DNA of 61,557 nucleotides, the filler included, from Choristocarpus tenellus KU-1152 (Eukaryota; Protista; Phaeophyceae), in NCBI GenBank assembly GCA_964200185.2. It is 13 parts of 13 records of this genome, joined end to end, with 100 filler letters (N's around TTAATTAATTAA, not from the genome) between each part and the next. Parts side by side here need not be neighbours in the genome. Positions count along the whole stretch, not along the records: positions 1 to 4,097 come from CAXNAD020016229.1; positions 4,198 to 7,380 come from CAXNAD020021715.1; positions 7,481 to 10,378 come from CAXNAD020023804.1; positions 10,479 to 22,907 come from CAXNAD020001839.1; 9 more parts are not named here. The stretch is one strand, 5' to 3'. Of this stretch, positions 1-12,259 are shown piece after piece; within the stretch, counting starts at the first letter, position 1, and every line of letters starts with the position of its first letter. The notes beneath the pieces are model-generated. The model was not told the DNA's origin and did no database searches. It saw only the letters and a program-made list of their open reading frames with translations. Both the position numbers and the translations under genes were made by a program.

Positions 1-1991
1 AATAAGGATGATCAAGATGTAATCCTGCTCTCTTGGGATGGGTGCAAGTGTTTAGTTGGCATGATTGATTGCCATCGTAAAAAAAAAAGGGGGGGGAAGG
101 TGGTCGTGGTGTCACAGCAGTCCTTTGTTGGTGTGTAATATCTTCCACCACCAAACCACTGTGTTGGTGCACTGAGCTAGTTTGTAAAGGAGCTGTGTTC
201 TTGAGTGCAGGAGAAATATCTGTGGTTTATTCTTTGAAGACAGTGAGTACTTTGTAACCTGATCCAGGCTAGAGAATGAATAACCTAAGCAATAGGGGTG
301 AGAAGACCCCTACAATCCGAAGGTGCTGGAGACATACTGCTTTGTTATGGGAGAATGATAAATAAATAGTTAATACAATATGTGTAGAGAGTTTGCTCTG
401 CCTCTTTGAGGTGGGTCTGGAGAAATTGGAAGTTGAAGAGGATTGAGAGTTTGGGGGTTGTTGGCGCTTTTTTGTGGCTGTATTGCACTAAGGTCACCTG
501 TCCGATTTGTCTGCACTGATCTAAAGTGGGAAATGCAATAGGTCGGTTTACCTGTCAATGTTGGAGATACAGCAGACCCATCAAAATGTGTTTGTAGAGA
601 CTGGAGGGAAGAGGTGCGGCAAAGGGGTCTAGACAAGTGGGGGATTTACACCTATGGAAGGCGTGCAAGACAGGTAATGTTTTTGCAATGTTTTTTAAAT
701 GCAATTTATCTCTTGTGTCCTGCAAATTAAAAAGGCATGCCTTCGTACTTGAGGTATCATTTAGCTACTGAGTTGGCATACAACCCAAAGTTCTACTAGG
801 CAATCAATACAGACTTCTGATCATGCACAGCAAAAGAGAGGTTGTCAGGCATAGTTTTTTGCGCGATGTAGTCAGCAGGGACCCATGAGTCCCTGCATGA
901 CTGGAGGTATGAGTCTGGATATCGGTTGTGCACACTTAGTAGGAGTTGAGCTTGATGAACGGCCATCTCGTCAGTGCGTCACTTTGCAGCTCCAACTCTA
1001 ACATGAGAGGGGACCCACGATCATTGCAATCTGACAGTTGCACATCCAACCACATTAAACCCTAAACAACTGCAATCCTGTCAACATTAAATGCTGACGC
1101 AACTTGCCAGCTGCAATACCTTCATGTTTTGAGGCACTCAAGCTATCTAAAATGTCCATTAGTGGGTTTAGTTTTGAGTGCACACGTTGCATGTATGTCC
1201 CCTACCCCCCATGGATATTTGCGATTATTTTAGAGGTGATGGTATGATCCAAGGGTTGGTAGTATTCAACAAATAAGGGTCGTGTTAAGTGTTGCGCCTT
1301 GCTCTGTTGGTTCATTGGTTGATACACCACACTATATCAATACATCATACCACTCTTGCCATTGTTCTCTTCAAAACCCTTCCAGGTGAATGTAAGAACA
1401 TCATTTACCGAACATGAAGTATCTGCAAATATATTGAATCAAAAGTAGACCATAGTGAAGGACTAGATGCAATGCCTCAATCACAAACCTGGAAAAGGCA
1501 CAACCCAACTCATCTAGGGCTTTGGTGTAGTGCATGTATGGTTGTGTCACATGTGTTTATTTCTAAATCAATCCAGGAACCTACCCCTTTAAAGAGTTAA
1601 CAAACGCACTATGGCTGATGTGAAATATAAGGCTATGGTATTACCCACTTGACACCTCTTGACATTAATCATTAGGAAAACAACATGGACATCCAAAGGA
1701 GACCACCAACCTTTCTTATGAAACCCTTTGAAAAAAAGACACGCCAAAGATCAGATAAAAGTATTAATGAAAAAAACACAACCGCAATAAAGAAATGGTG
1801 TAACAAAGGCAGTACAACAACAATAAAGAGAGGCAAAGAAAATTCAACAAATATGTACCTCCCACAACCAACATTCTTGCTGAGCTTGTTGGCGCTATCA
1901 CTACTCAGAACTTACCCATCACAACAAGGCAAAAGATGACCCCCACCACCCTGGAATGTTGTGCACCCATCTTTGAAGCACTCCTAACCTG

Positions 1992-3440
1992 TCATACCAC
2001 GATCAACACCTGTCCAGCCCACACAGCTCCCAGTGCCAAAGCCATCACCAGCCCAAAGGATATGTGAAGAGCTCCTCTCTCTGCTGCTGAACGAGGATTA
2101 TCAACCATCACACCACCCTCACCATCATCAGTACTGTTACTAGTCCCTCCAACACTATCATCATCAGTTGCACTGGTAACAGTAGTATTACCATCGTCAT
2201 CAGTAAAACTGGTAACAGTAGTATTACCATCATCATCAGTAAAACTGGTAACAGTAGTATTACCATAATCATCAGTAAAACTGGTATCATCAGTCAAACT
2301 GGTAACAGTACCATTATTGGTATTGACACCCACATAAATACCGAATTCACGATCAAAATCTGAGTCACCAGCCAGCTGAGTAACCTCAGCCAGAGTCCCA
2401 CCACAAAGGAAACCATATCCACAATAACCCAGAAAGAAATCCTGGGCCGGGTAGAAAAAGATGAAGTCAATGCACATCTCGTTCTCTGAGCCTAAGCCAA
2501 ACATCTTGGTGTCCCCCTCTGAGTCATAGTAGCAGTCTGTCTCAAAACGGTCTCCCTTTCGGATGGTCTCATCCACAGATCGGGTTCTATATGATCCCCT
2601 CTGCTCAAAGTTGTAGTATTCCACTTTGGAAGTACGAATAATGACATCGTTTCGGTATTGACGGGTCTCCATCCGCCGTCCAGCATCATGCATATGCAAT
2701 GAATGCCTGAAGACAGTCACGCTGTCGCTCTGGTGGGAACGTAGGGTGGAGCAGGTGGAGCCTCAGTCACGGACAAGTGAAACAGAGCAAACCAGCCAAA
2801 CTGCACCGAAAGAGTTCACGAGCCATGTCTACTTTATGCAACTAAATGCGAAAAATGAATAGATATTAGTTCTCACCCGTGATAACACACTCTGTGAACA
2901 CACACCAGTACCCACCTGGAAAGTCTTTGTGCAAAGCGAAGGGCAATCGAAAGAGTACATGGAGCGGTCAGTGAGTAGGTTTTCTCCTTCCAGCAGGACA
3001 AATGGGTCACCAAGCTGCATCATTCCAGCATCATGCTGCCGGAGCTCTTCTGTATAGTACACCCTGACCCCTGAGCTGTCTCTCACGCCAGCAATATTTT
3101 GTGGGTTGTTGTAGTGGGTCTGAATCGCGATCGACTTGAAGGCGATGGCAGTTATATCACCATCAAAGCGGAAACCAGCCACATCTGGTAGAACTTCTCC
3201 CAACGTAACCCCTGTAGCCCACATAAAGATATCTGCAAATCCGAAGTTTCCTGAACAGGCATCATCAAAATACCCTTTCAGAACAAGGTGATGGATGTAT
3301 GACTCTGTTTCAGGGTCAACAATTGCCTCAAACCCTACGACATGAATGGGACTTGAGGGTACACCCAATGCCGTCAGGTCTGCCCGTGATAGGCAAGTAG
3401 TTTCATATGTTGTTGCTGTGGGAGGTATTACAAAATCAAC
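1992..3440 (-). CDS. DBH/MOXD1-like copper type II ascorbate-dependent monooxygenase, last two exons (5' part not in contig)
   Basis: Exons 3440-2916 (tgcag|VDFVIPP...TKTFQ|gt) and 2729-1992 (ccag|SDSVTVF...stop) join in phase 0. Copper-ligand motifs are YIHHLV and QTHYNN (CuH site), LHMH and ENEMC (CuM site). Also has RDSSGVRVYYT and DAGMMQLG. Ends in a Thr/Asp-rich stalk and a hydrophobic tail. Confidence 0.9.
2158..2314 (-). repeat. 36-nt coding tandem repeat (GNTTVTSFTDDD units)
   Basis: About 4 degenerate copies of ccatcatcatcagtaaaactggtaacagtagtatta inside the last monooxygenase exon. Confidence 0.85.
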
Positions 3441-3810
3441 CTGCAAAGGTGGACATGAGAGAACAGAGTCAGGAGGCGTGTTTACTACTCGAAAGTGCAT
3501 TTTTTGTAGTAAGTTCATGAAATTATGTAAGATGAACCAAGCACCGCACAGTCAACAAGTGGTGAGAAGAGTCTGGCAGTGACAGCACACTTTCAACAGG
3601 AGGATCAGAAGTGCGCTGCAGGCACTGGTGTCAGCGAATGACAAAATTCAGCGATGTTCTCATCTACTAATATATATAAATATTAATTTGGGGTTGGCAA
3701 AATGAAGAAGCATCTTCAAAAACATCGCAAAATATTATCAAAATGTGCAGTTTCTTGCGCGGTAATAGGAAAGACCACGATGAACCCCTCTAAACTGACC
3801 GTATAGAGCT

Positions 3811-3950
3811 CAACATGTACACTTAAGGTCCAACATGTACACTTAAGGTCCAACATGTACACTTAAGGTCCAACATGTACACTTAAGGTCCAACATGTAC
3901 ACTTACGGTCCAACATGTACACTTAAGGTCCAGCATGTACACTTAAGGTC
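3811..3950. repeat. Minisatellite, 7 x 20 bp (caacatgtacacttaaggtc)
   Basis: Seven head-to-tail copies, two of them with single substitutions; no spacers. Confidence 0.95.
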
Positions 3951-4097
3951 TATCTAGTTCGGTATCGCACAGACCTAACCAAGGCAAAAAGCAAGTGCGT
4001 CTGTTGCAGCAGTGAGGAGCGATAATTTGATACACTACATAATCTAGAAATGTCTAACCTTGGACCCCATAAAGTCATTGGGTCAAAATATCTGGGG

Positions 4098-4197
4098 NNN
4101 NNNNNNNNNNNNNNNNNNNNNNNNNNNNNNNNNNNNNNNNNTTAATTAATTAANNNNNNNNNNNNNNNNNNNNNNNNNNNNNNNNNNNNNNNNNNNN
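4098..4197. other. Artificial contig linker N44-TTAATTAATTAA-N44 (first of 12)
   Basis: Identical 100-nt linkers at 4098, 7381, 10379, 22908, 26124, 29189, 33332, 36573, 39383, 42269, 53822 and 58431. The core gives stops in all six frames. Confidence 0.99.
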
Positions 4198-6104
4198 CCC
4201 AGATACTTTGGGTCTCCCTCCCCCCCCTCAATTTACACTGTGTTCTGAAACTACACTATCGCCTCCCCACTCGTATACTCTTATTTTTTTCATGACTGAT
4301 GATGTGTATTTTCTACCAGGCTAGATTACTTCTTCCACAGCTCTTTACCTACCTAGAGGGGTTTCCCGACCCACAACGACTGTGTAGCACACCATGGTAT
4401 GGGTTTCCTCTCTTCTCTGCACATTGCTTCACTCTTCTGATTCTGAAAGGCTTAAGGCCTAGCCGCACTCAATCACCTACTTGCTTTGAACACACAGTTC
4501 AGATAGCAAAGCTAGTATCTCACACATTAACAGAACAATTCCAATCACCTGTTCCATCCCTTACTCGTCATACTCCAATTTAGAAAATTGTGCACACCAA
4601 TGAGCTCAGACTCCGAGACGGACGGCGATGACATTGTGGTTGCAAGGTTCAACAAGGAGCAGTGTACTCAGTCTAATGCCCAGTCACAGCAAAATGGAAG
4701 CAACTTTGAGGCGCTGGGATAGGACAGTGGCCAACTTTTGGGAGCATTTTGAATGCATTCTATGCATAGACTGGGTTTGTCTGGTACAACGTGGATGATG
4801 CCAAGCGTCCATGTGCCAGCCTTCTGTTCATCACCAGTTACATTGCTGATTGGTGACCATGTCTGACCACCATTTGTCAGAACTAAGACAATCAATTGAA
4901 CCATCACAAGCTGAGTTGAGATATGTACACATGGAAGCGGATGGATATATCGCCTGGACATATTGTATCTATCCCCTGCAACAAGAGCCATACATCAAAG
5001 AGTCAATGTTCCCGTTACCTGGGTCCCTTGCTTCCAGCTTTGTTTCAGCAGCTTTGTGTCCCTCACTTTGCACACATCAGTACCTAGTAGCCTGGATTTG
5101 TTTGCCTCGCTGGGTAAGAAGGAAACTGGGCAGTACTTCAACCCCACTATGTCATTGGCTTGATATACATTCAACCAATGCCTCTTACTTCTTTCTGGGT
5201 CAAAAACATAAATAGAACTAACTGTACCAGGCACCACTCTCCTTCAACGATTATAGTCTGGGCGCGTTGTATAATTTTGTCTTGCAACTGTATGCTATCC
5301 AGTATAAGAGCAGTAGTATCAGTAGGGTGGAAGGGCAGGGAAAGCAATTTTTTGGGAGGAAATTTTCTTGTAATAATTGCGATTTTTGTCTTGTCCAGTA
5401 GAACCCACCAACCACACCCAGGCATCACCCCCCCCCCAACTCCACCACCACCTTGAGAGGAGTCTATTTTGTAGCATCACTCCCGGCCCTTCAACTGGCC
5501 AACTCCATTCTGTCACCCTTACCACAGGAATGGATGTGACTCATTTTACCCAATCGTGGTCATTGATAAAAAATTATTTTCACTCTACTTCGTCGTGTTT
5601 TTTATTCTGTGCTCCGTACAGAAGTCAAGCATCTCGCACCTTTTGTCTATCCAGTTTTCCACAACCCACCTTTTTCAGCCACAGATAAGATATGCAACAC
5701 AACACCACAACACTCTGTGACAGACTTCCCCAAGCCGTCTGTCTCTCCAGAGGAAGTTGTTAAAAGACTGAAGGCACACCGAAGTTGCTTTCACTATGCT
5801 TACGCTCACGACTGATTTAGGTCCTTGGACGGCAAGTGCAGATATACACACGATGAGAAGGTAGTTCCTAAAGAAAAATTCTCCTACCTTCTGAGACCCC
5901 TTCAGGAATCTCCAGAAGATGCCAGATCTACTAAGGAGTCTCGCACGATGGTAGCCTTAACGGATGGACATATCCAATGGTTAGCAGCGACCAGCGATGC
6001 AAGATTCGGAACTTCCTCCACTGTTCGCAAGGAAGTCAAATCGATCAGGAAGTAACGTGTTAAAACATATGCTACTCATCTTTTGTGTCATTGATACAAT
6101 ACAG

Positions 6105-6475
6105 TAGTTGTAACCTCAATACCTTCGCGCTGGAAAGTTTTGGGCGCCTCGGTAAGCAAGTGGAACGTTTCCTATATGAGCAAGCTACACACGCGTTAGA
6201 AAGGAGAGGAACTGGAGGCTACAGCAGATAAGGAGCCGTCAAATCCCGCCTATCTAGACGGTCCATGTGTTTTAAGCTGGAGTCACCAGGGAAATGGGCA
6301 AGGAGGGGTTTGTTAGATTCTTAGGATGTTCTAGCTCCTCACCTTGAGGTTGAGGAGTAGGTTTGAGACACAAGAAGGGCATAGTACGACATAGTAGTAA
6401 AATAGGATTTTGATATTTTTCACTTTTGTGACAACTGTTACCCCTTTACAGTTTTTTCAGACATGTTAATAGTTA
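6105..6475 (+). mobile_element. 3' end of RLE-type (CRE/R2-like) non-LTR retrotransposon, degenerate copy
   Basis: Homologous to 33048-33331 and to 7133-7380 (minus). Encodes ...LESFGRLGKQVERFLYEQATH..., followed by a 3' UTR matching the reverse complement of 6960-7035. Confidence 0.6.
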
Positions 6476-6478
6476 TTT

Positions 6479-6695
6479 ATTATTATGCCCTCTGACATTT
6501 TGCAGATGTGTCAGGGGGAAAACAAATGAAAACTATATATATATGTCAGTATAAGCCCTAAAGAAATAAAATATCATAAATGTGAAAACACCATAAAACA
6601 ATGTAAGTGTGAATACCACTAATCTGTTACTTCACTATCAATATGGTACTTCTGCCTTCCTGTGCTCCCCATCTACCTACTCCGGCGCCCCGGGG
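6479..6695 (-). mobile_element. 3' UTR fragment of the same non-LTR element with (TAA)n-like tail
   Basis: Diverged direct repeat of 6908-7090. On the minus strand it ends ...aaatgtcagagggcataataata. Confidence 0.5.
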
Positions 6696-6907
6696 GGGGA
6701 GCTAGGCTTAGTTTTAACTAGTTATTCTGTTGGCATATCTACAAATGTCAGAGGGTATAATAATATATATATACAGTATTACTGTTCGAACTGGGTGTTG
6801 ATTCACACATTTCCAACATTGGCATCTCATCATACAGATGTGTCAGGGGGAACAATTACCGTTAGAACCCCATGGTTCATAGCAAGTATGGAACTGTCGA
6901 GACCTAT

Positions 6908-7380
6908 ATTATTATTTTGCTGTCTGACATTTTACAGATGTTTCAGGGGGGAAACCAATGAAAACTATTCACATGTGACTATAAACCCTAGAGAGGCAAA
7001 AATTGTCCCAAATGTGAAAAACACTAATCTATTTGTTATTTCACATTACCACTGACTTCCTGTGCCCCCAATCTACCTATTCCTGCACCCCACAGTGAGG
7101 AAGTAGGGAGGCATACCAATAATCCAACAAACTCCTCCTTGCCCATCTCCCTGGTGACTCCAGCTTAAAACGCATGACACGTCTAGACAGTGCCACCTAT
7201 GTTGTTTCTGAGACTATTTGACATAGGCGGGATTTGACCGCCCCTTTCCTCCTGTAGCCTCCAGTTCCTCTCCCCCCCACCATGTGTGTAGCTAGCTCAT
7301 CCAGGAAAAGGTCTAGACAGTGCCACCTACGTTGTTACTGAGACTATTTGACATAGGCGGGATTTGACCGCCCCTTTCCT
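6908..7380 (-). mobile_element. 3' end of the RLE-type non-LTR element (coding end + 3' UTR + tail), with an internal direct repeat (130-bp period)
   Basis: 7133-7380 is the reverse complement of the RLE-coding segment at 33110-33320. 7181-7250 is repeated at 7311-7380. Tail is ...aaaataataat. Confidence 0.6.
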
Positions 7381-7803
7381 NNNNNNNNNNNNNNNNNNNN
7401 NNNNNNNNNNNNNNNNNNNNNNNNTTAATTAATTAANNNNNNNNNNNNNNNNNNNNNNNNNNNNNNNNNNNNNNNNNNNNCCCTCCCCCCCCCAGATACT
7501 TTGACCCATCAACAGTCAATGTATCAACAGTCAAGTTCTTTGATAGTGATGGTGTGGAGGGTAGTAGGGGTGTTGTTGGATTCAAGGGAATGCGAGGGGA
7601 CAATGCAACGGATCTCTGGTGTTAGAGACTGATGATATTCATTGACATTATCATCAGTCAGTGGTGCAGAGCGTCATTATTCAAGACAATGAATGCACTA
7701 AAGATGGATGAAGAGGTTGTCTGTGTGCTTTGGAATGATTAGGTCATGCGATATTATTATTATTATTTTTTATTTTATTATTATTATTGCTGTTGTTTGT
7801 CAG

Positions 7804-8796
7804 GGTCATATGATGGGGTGGCGAGGATATGGTCGAACAAGGGGGTTCTCAAGCACACGCTGGAGGCACATGAGGGGCCAATCTTCTCACTGAAGTGGAA
7901 CGCCAAGGTGTGTCATCACTAGCCATAGTGGTACTGTACACTTGAAAGGATTCGAATCATTTTGATACTTGATATTTTGATACATTTGATATTTTGATAT
8001 GTTTTGATATCGTGAGCACATTGCTTGTAAGTGAATTTTCCCTCGTGTTTTGTGTATTGAGATTCAATCAAAACCTAGTTTACAATATTTTCGTGCTTGA
8101 TCATTTATTCCTCATATAGGCGTGGTATCTTTGCTTCAGTCGTGGGCTGGTGGTGACTCTCTTTGCTCCTGCCCTCTCTTTTGTAGATGGGCCATGCATT
8201 GTGTTTGAGGCACTTACATATCTACATGTTGGTGTGTGTATGCAGAGGGGGGATTATAGAGTTCACCACTCCTCTGAGACATGATACATGCTGCCTCCGG
8301 CATTGACAGTTTCAAACCAATCTCAGGGCAACTACCTGCTCAGTGGAAGCTCGGACAAGTCTGCCATTGTGTGGGAAGCCAACAACGGAGAGGTCAAGCA
8401 GCAGTTTCGATTTCACGAGGCTCCAACCCTTGTAAGCTCACGTCTCACAGGCACCTTAGATTCTGCAGGCTTTGCCTGTTCCGGGCGATGGTGGTTGTCC
8501 CCCCACTTCTTGTATATATGTATATATATAGAGAGAGATTCATATAATAGATTCATGTTTTCAGCAGTTGTGCTAACGAACCGGATTTTTTTTTTTTAAC
8601 CCTATTTTGATGGGGGTTTCCGGTTGCGGGATGGCGTGTGTGTGTGTGTGTGTGTATGTGGATGGGTTGGGCAATAACTGCAAACTGGGTTAGGATGTGG
8701 ACTGGAAGGATGATGTGACCTTTGCAACCTGCTCGACTGATAAGGCCATTCATATTTTGATTGTGGGAGAGGAGTATCCTCGGCAGACCTTCACAG
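7804..8796 (+). CDS. TBL1: TBL1/TBL1XR1 (ebi)-like WD40 protein, three internal exons
   Basis: Exons 7804-7907, 8327-8431 and 8694-8796 with AG/GT ends splice to [90 protein letters not shown]..., closely matching TBL1-family WD repeats. Confidence 0.9.
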
Positions 8797-10147
8797 GTGA
8801 GTAAATAAGGCGTCATATTAGAGTGATGTTGGGGTCAAGGGGTGTGTGTGGGATTTGGGTTAAGGCAGGGTACGAGGTTGTTTCATTGACAGGGGGGAAG
8901 GGTAGAGGGTTTCCATTTTTTCAGGCGGCATGCAGTGGAGGGATGCAGATAAGGCTACAATATATGTTGGTGAGCGATTGGATGTGTATTGTCAGGGTTA
9001 GATGTGTTGGTATGTTGGTATGATGTACATGACGAATGGTATATGGTGAATACCATATACCGTGAACAGATTACTCAACCACGGGTCTCTCTCCGTTCCT
9101 CATGCAGGGCTTGGGGTGAAATCTTACATTGTTAAGTTTCTGAGTTGTCCTTCAGTTATATACACTGCTGGGCAGTGTGTTATTTTGACAGGAGTATCCA
9201 TGCGGGGGGGGTGAGTGAGAGTTGAATCTGTAAAGCTTGGAGTTGTTAGAGAGTTAATTTACTGTTTTTCGTATAATATATTCAGTAGTGATACTCTTGC
9301 GTTGTTGTTACTTAGGAGAGACTTATTTGCAGCCCCTGGAGTATTCTATTGATTGAGATGTGCCAACGATGTTCCGGTCTATTCTGTGTATCACGCTTGG
9401 AAATCATGAAAAAAACAGATTCATCTGTAGTAACAGTTTTTTGTGATTGAAAAGTGTTCTATCCGTCAAGTGATTGAAAAGCTTTTGGGTGTTGAATATC
9501 TCTCTGACGTCACGTGGGATTTCACGTGGGAGGCGTGTGTCGTGTATGATACACATTGTACACCTGCCAAGGTGGTGGAAACCCCCTAGTTTTGTGAACG
9601 GCGGTGGCATGCACACCAGAACATCAGCGCAGGGTAGACAGTGGTGCCTCTGAGACTAGCTGTCTCACTGGACTAGCCGTATGAGGGTATCAGTGACAAA
9701 AAGGGAAAAGGCGAGGAGGTTGTTCGATGCATATACGTAAGAGCTCAGGGGGGAGAGGTGAATTGACAACGTTTAGTTTTTTTTGTAGCCTGTTGATATT
9801 TGGAGGGGGCTGTGGGGGGGGGGGGGTTATTGCACTGTGACAAATTAGTTTTTAAAAAGTGGTAGGGTGTAAAAATGATTGGAAATGGACACTGAATATT
9901 TTTTTTGCTTTATGTTTGTAAAGTTCTTTATTTATTTATTTATTTATTTTTGTGATGTCGGTTGAGATGGACGTCGGTATCACTCCTGTATATTCTTGGA
10001 TTCTTTGTTGTTTGAAAGAAATGGATGTCTTTGAAAGAAATGGATGTCTCCCCTCTCCAGAATCATCTCGAATCATGATGCGTGATTTATCGTTTACTTT
10101 GATTTTCTTTTAATGTTCCAAATAATGTCTCTTGTGTCTACTTCCTG

Positions 10148-10341
10148 TTTTTATTTTTTTCAAGTAAATTCAGACCAAAGAAAAAACACTTGAAGTACTT
10201 TCTAGTTTTTCTTTTCATCCCCCCCCCAAAAAAGAAATCTCTTTTGATACTTAATTGTGTGAAATCTTTTTTATATTTTTTTCAAGTAAATTCAGACAAA
10301 AAAAAAACACTTGAAGTACTTTCTAGTTTTTCTTTTCATCT
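10148..10341. repeat. AT-rich direct duplication (~70-bp unit, ~120-bp period)
   Basis: caagtaaattcagac...aaacacttgaagtactttctagttt(t)tcttttcatc occurs twice near the contig end. Confidence 0.8.
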
Positions 10342-12259
10342 CTCTTCCCTTAAAGAAATTTTTTTTTATTATTTTATTNNNNNNNNNNNNNNNNNNNNNN
10401 NNNNNNNNNNNNNNNNNNNNNNTTAATTAATTAANNNNNNNNNNNNNNNNNNNNNNNNNNNNNNNNNNNNNNNNNNNNTGGTGGTCTGTGGCAGGGCAGT
10501 TGGGTATCCCACGGACAAAAAAAAATACGATATATCATCAGGATGGCAGGAAGATCCTCAAATTCCTGTGTTTTGAAGTACTTCCAAATTGCACGTAAAA
10601 AAAAGAAACATTGAAAATGAATTTCAAAATAGGAACAGATTGGTTGCACTTAAACCATATATTGTGGATCTGGAAAACTGTGGAACTATGGTATGCCCCC
10701 CCCCTGTTCCCCGGCATCCCAGTCGGTTGTGAGCAATCGAAAGGGTGGGTGGGTGGGAAAGATTTCTCGGAGTTTGCCTTTTTCTACCCCTGCTTGTCCT
10801 GTCCCACCAACCTCGAGTTTTCCTTATGTTCTGATCCATCCCTTCCTACCTCATGCTTCGAACTACCACCCGTTTCTTTTAACTTCTCTCCGACCTCTTC
10901 TTCCTCCTAGCCACCCAGAACGTAACTCTTTGTCCACCTCATTATTTCCTTCTTACCCTAATCGGCTCTCTATTCCCCATATATCATCCTTCCCAGAATT
11001 TTGCCGCCTATAAAACTCAGATTACTTCATCAAATTCCCCTTTTCGAAGATTTCCGTTAAAGGTAGTTTACCTAACCCTAGACAACTGTATAGTAGTGCT
11101 TTGTCAAAACTTACCGTTACCATACCGCAGCATGTGCCTTTGCTTTTTTGAAATATACTTTGGCATTTTGACGTCACTGTTACCGTACCCAAACTGAGAA
11201 AGTTTGTTTAACATGATCAGTATTATTCGCTTTATCTATTCTTGAAGTTCTCCACTACCTCCACTCTACCAGGTTCCTTCAGTGGTGGTCGTGGGCATTA
11301 CAGTATTATTATTGTGCGAACTTACTGTTCCATTACAACTAATAGAGGACCTGTCCATGTTGTCTTGATTTCTTCTCCAGATTTTGGTTCAAAAGTCTAC
11401 TGTTTGTAAGTTTGTCTCTTTCGTTCAATAGTAAGCGTATTCCTCGTGTCCGCAACGAATATTCTCCGGCACGATCCAGATCTTCTTTGTCCCCTTTTGA
11501 GTTTTAGACCAAGATCGTATTGTACAGGTGTACCTCCTCACTGTACTTACCCTAATCGTCCACACACGTCAACATACACATCAAGTTTCCTCTCAAGAAA
11601 ATCTGACCTTGAAAAGGGTTCGAACCTTAGCGTTCCTTTGATGGAATAGTATCGGACTTCCAATTAATGTAAGCAGACAACTTACAATCACATACATTCT
11701 ATCAACTGATACGTTGTTGAAAGATGTATAGTATGTTTCTTTCAAGAAATATCCTTACACTCAATATGTTTTTCCGTGAACTAAATCAAACGTGAAATAG
11801 AACCTTGGTGAAAAATATGAGTCCAGTGAACAGCAACTTTTTTTCTACGATTACTATTTTCGAACTACTACGAATGTTGTTGTCAGACTTTTTGATCAAG
11901 AGTTCCCGCTTTTTCAGAAAAGGGTGCCCGAAAAAGTGGAAGGGAAAGGAGTCTTTCCCGAACTTCAGCATTACACCAATCAAAATATGTTTTGTATATC
12001 TCGATTCCATCCCGGACCTGTAGTTCGAAATCGGGAAAACCCCACAATATTCGGTTGGACCGCATATACGGTGGGGCGGAGACATCCCGATACAATTATT
12101 TTATCGTGTGACAATCGTGTCGAGACCCTCTCCTAGTCAGTTGGATGTGAAGAGTTCAAACACACACACACACCTTGTTCCTTCGACGCAAGACATTGAG
12201 TGGTGGAGGGGTGACAACTTCTATTCTGGAGAGTGGTGACAGGGAGCCCGAAGGGCAAG

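Noticed and set aside
3811-3950. CRISPR-like array
   Set aside because: Units are contiguous with no unique spacers, there are no cas genes, and the context is a eukaryotic intron.
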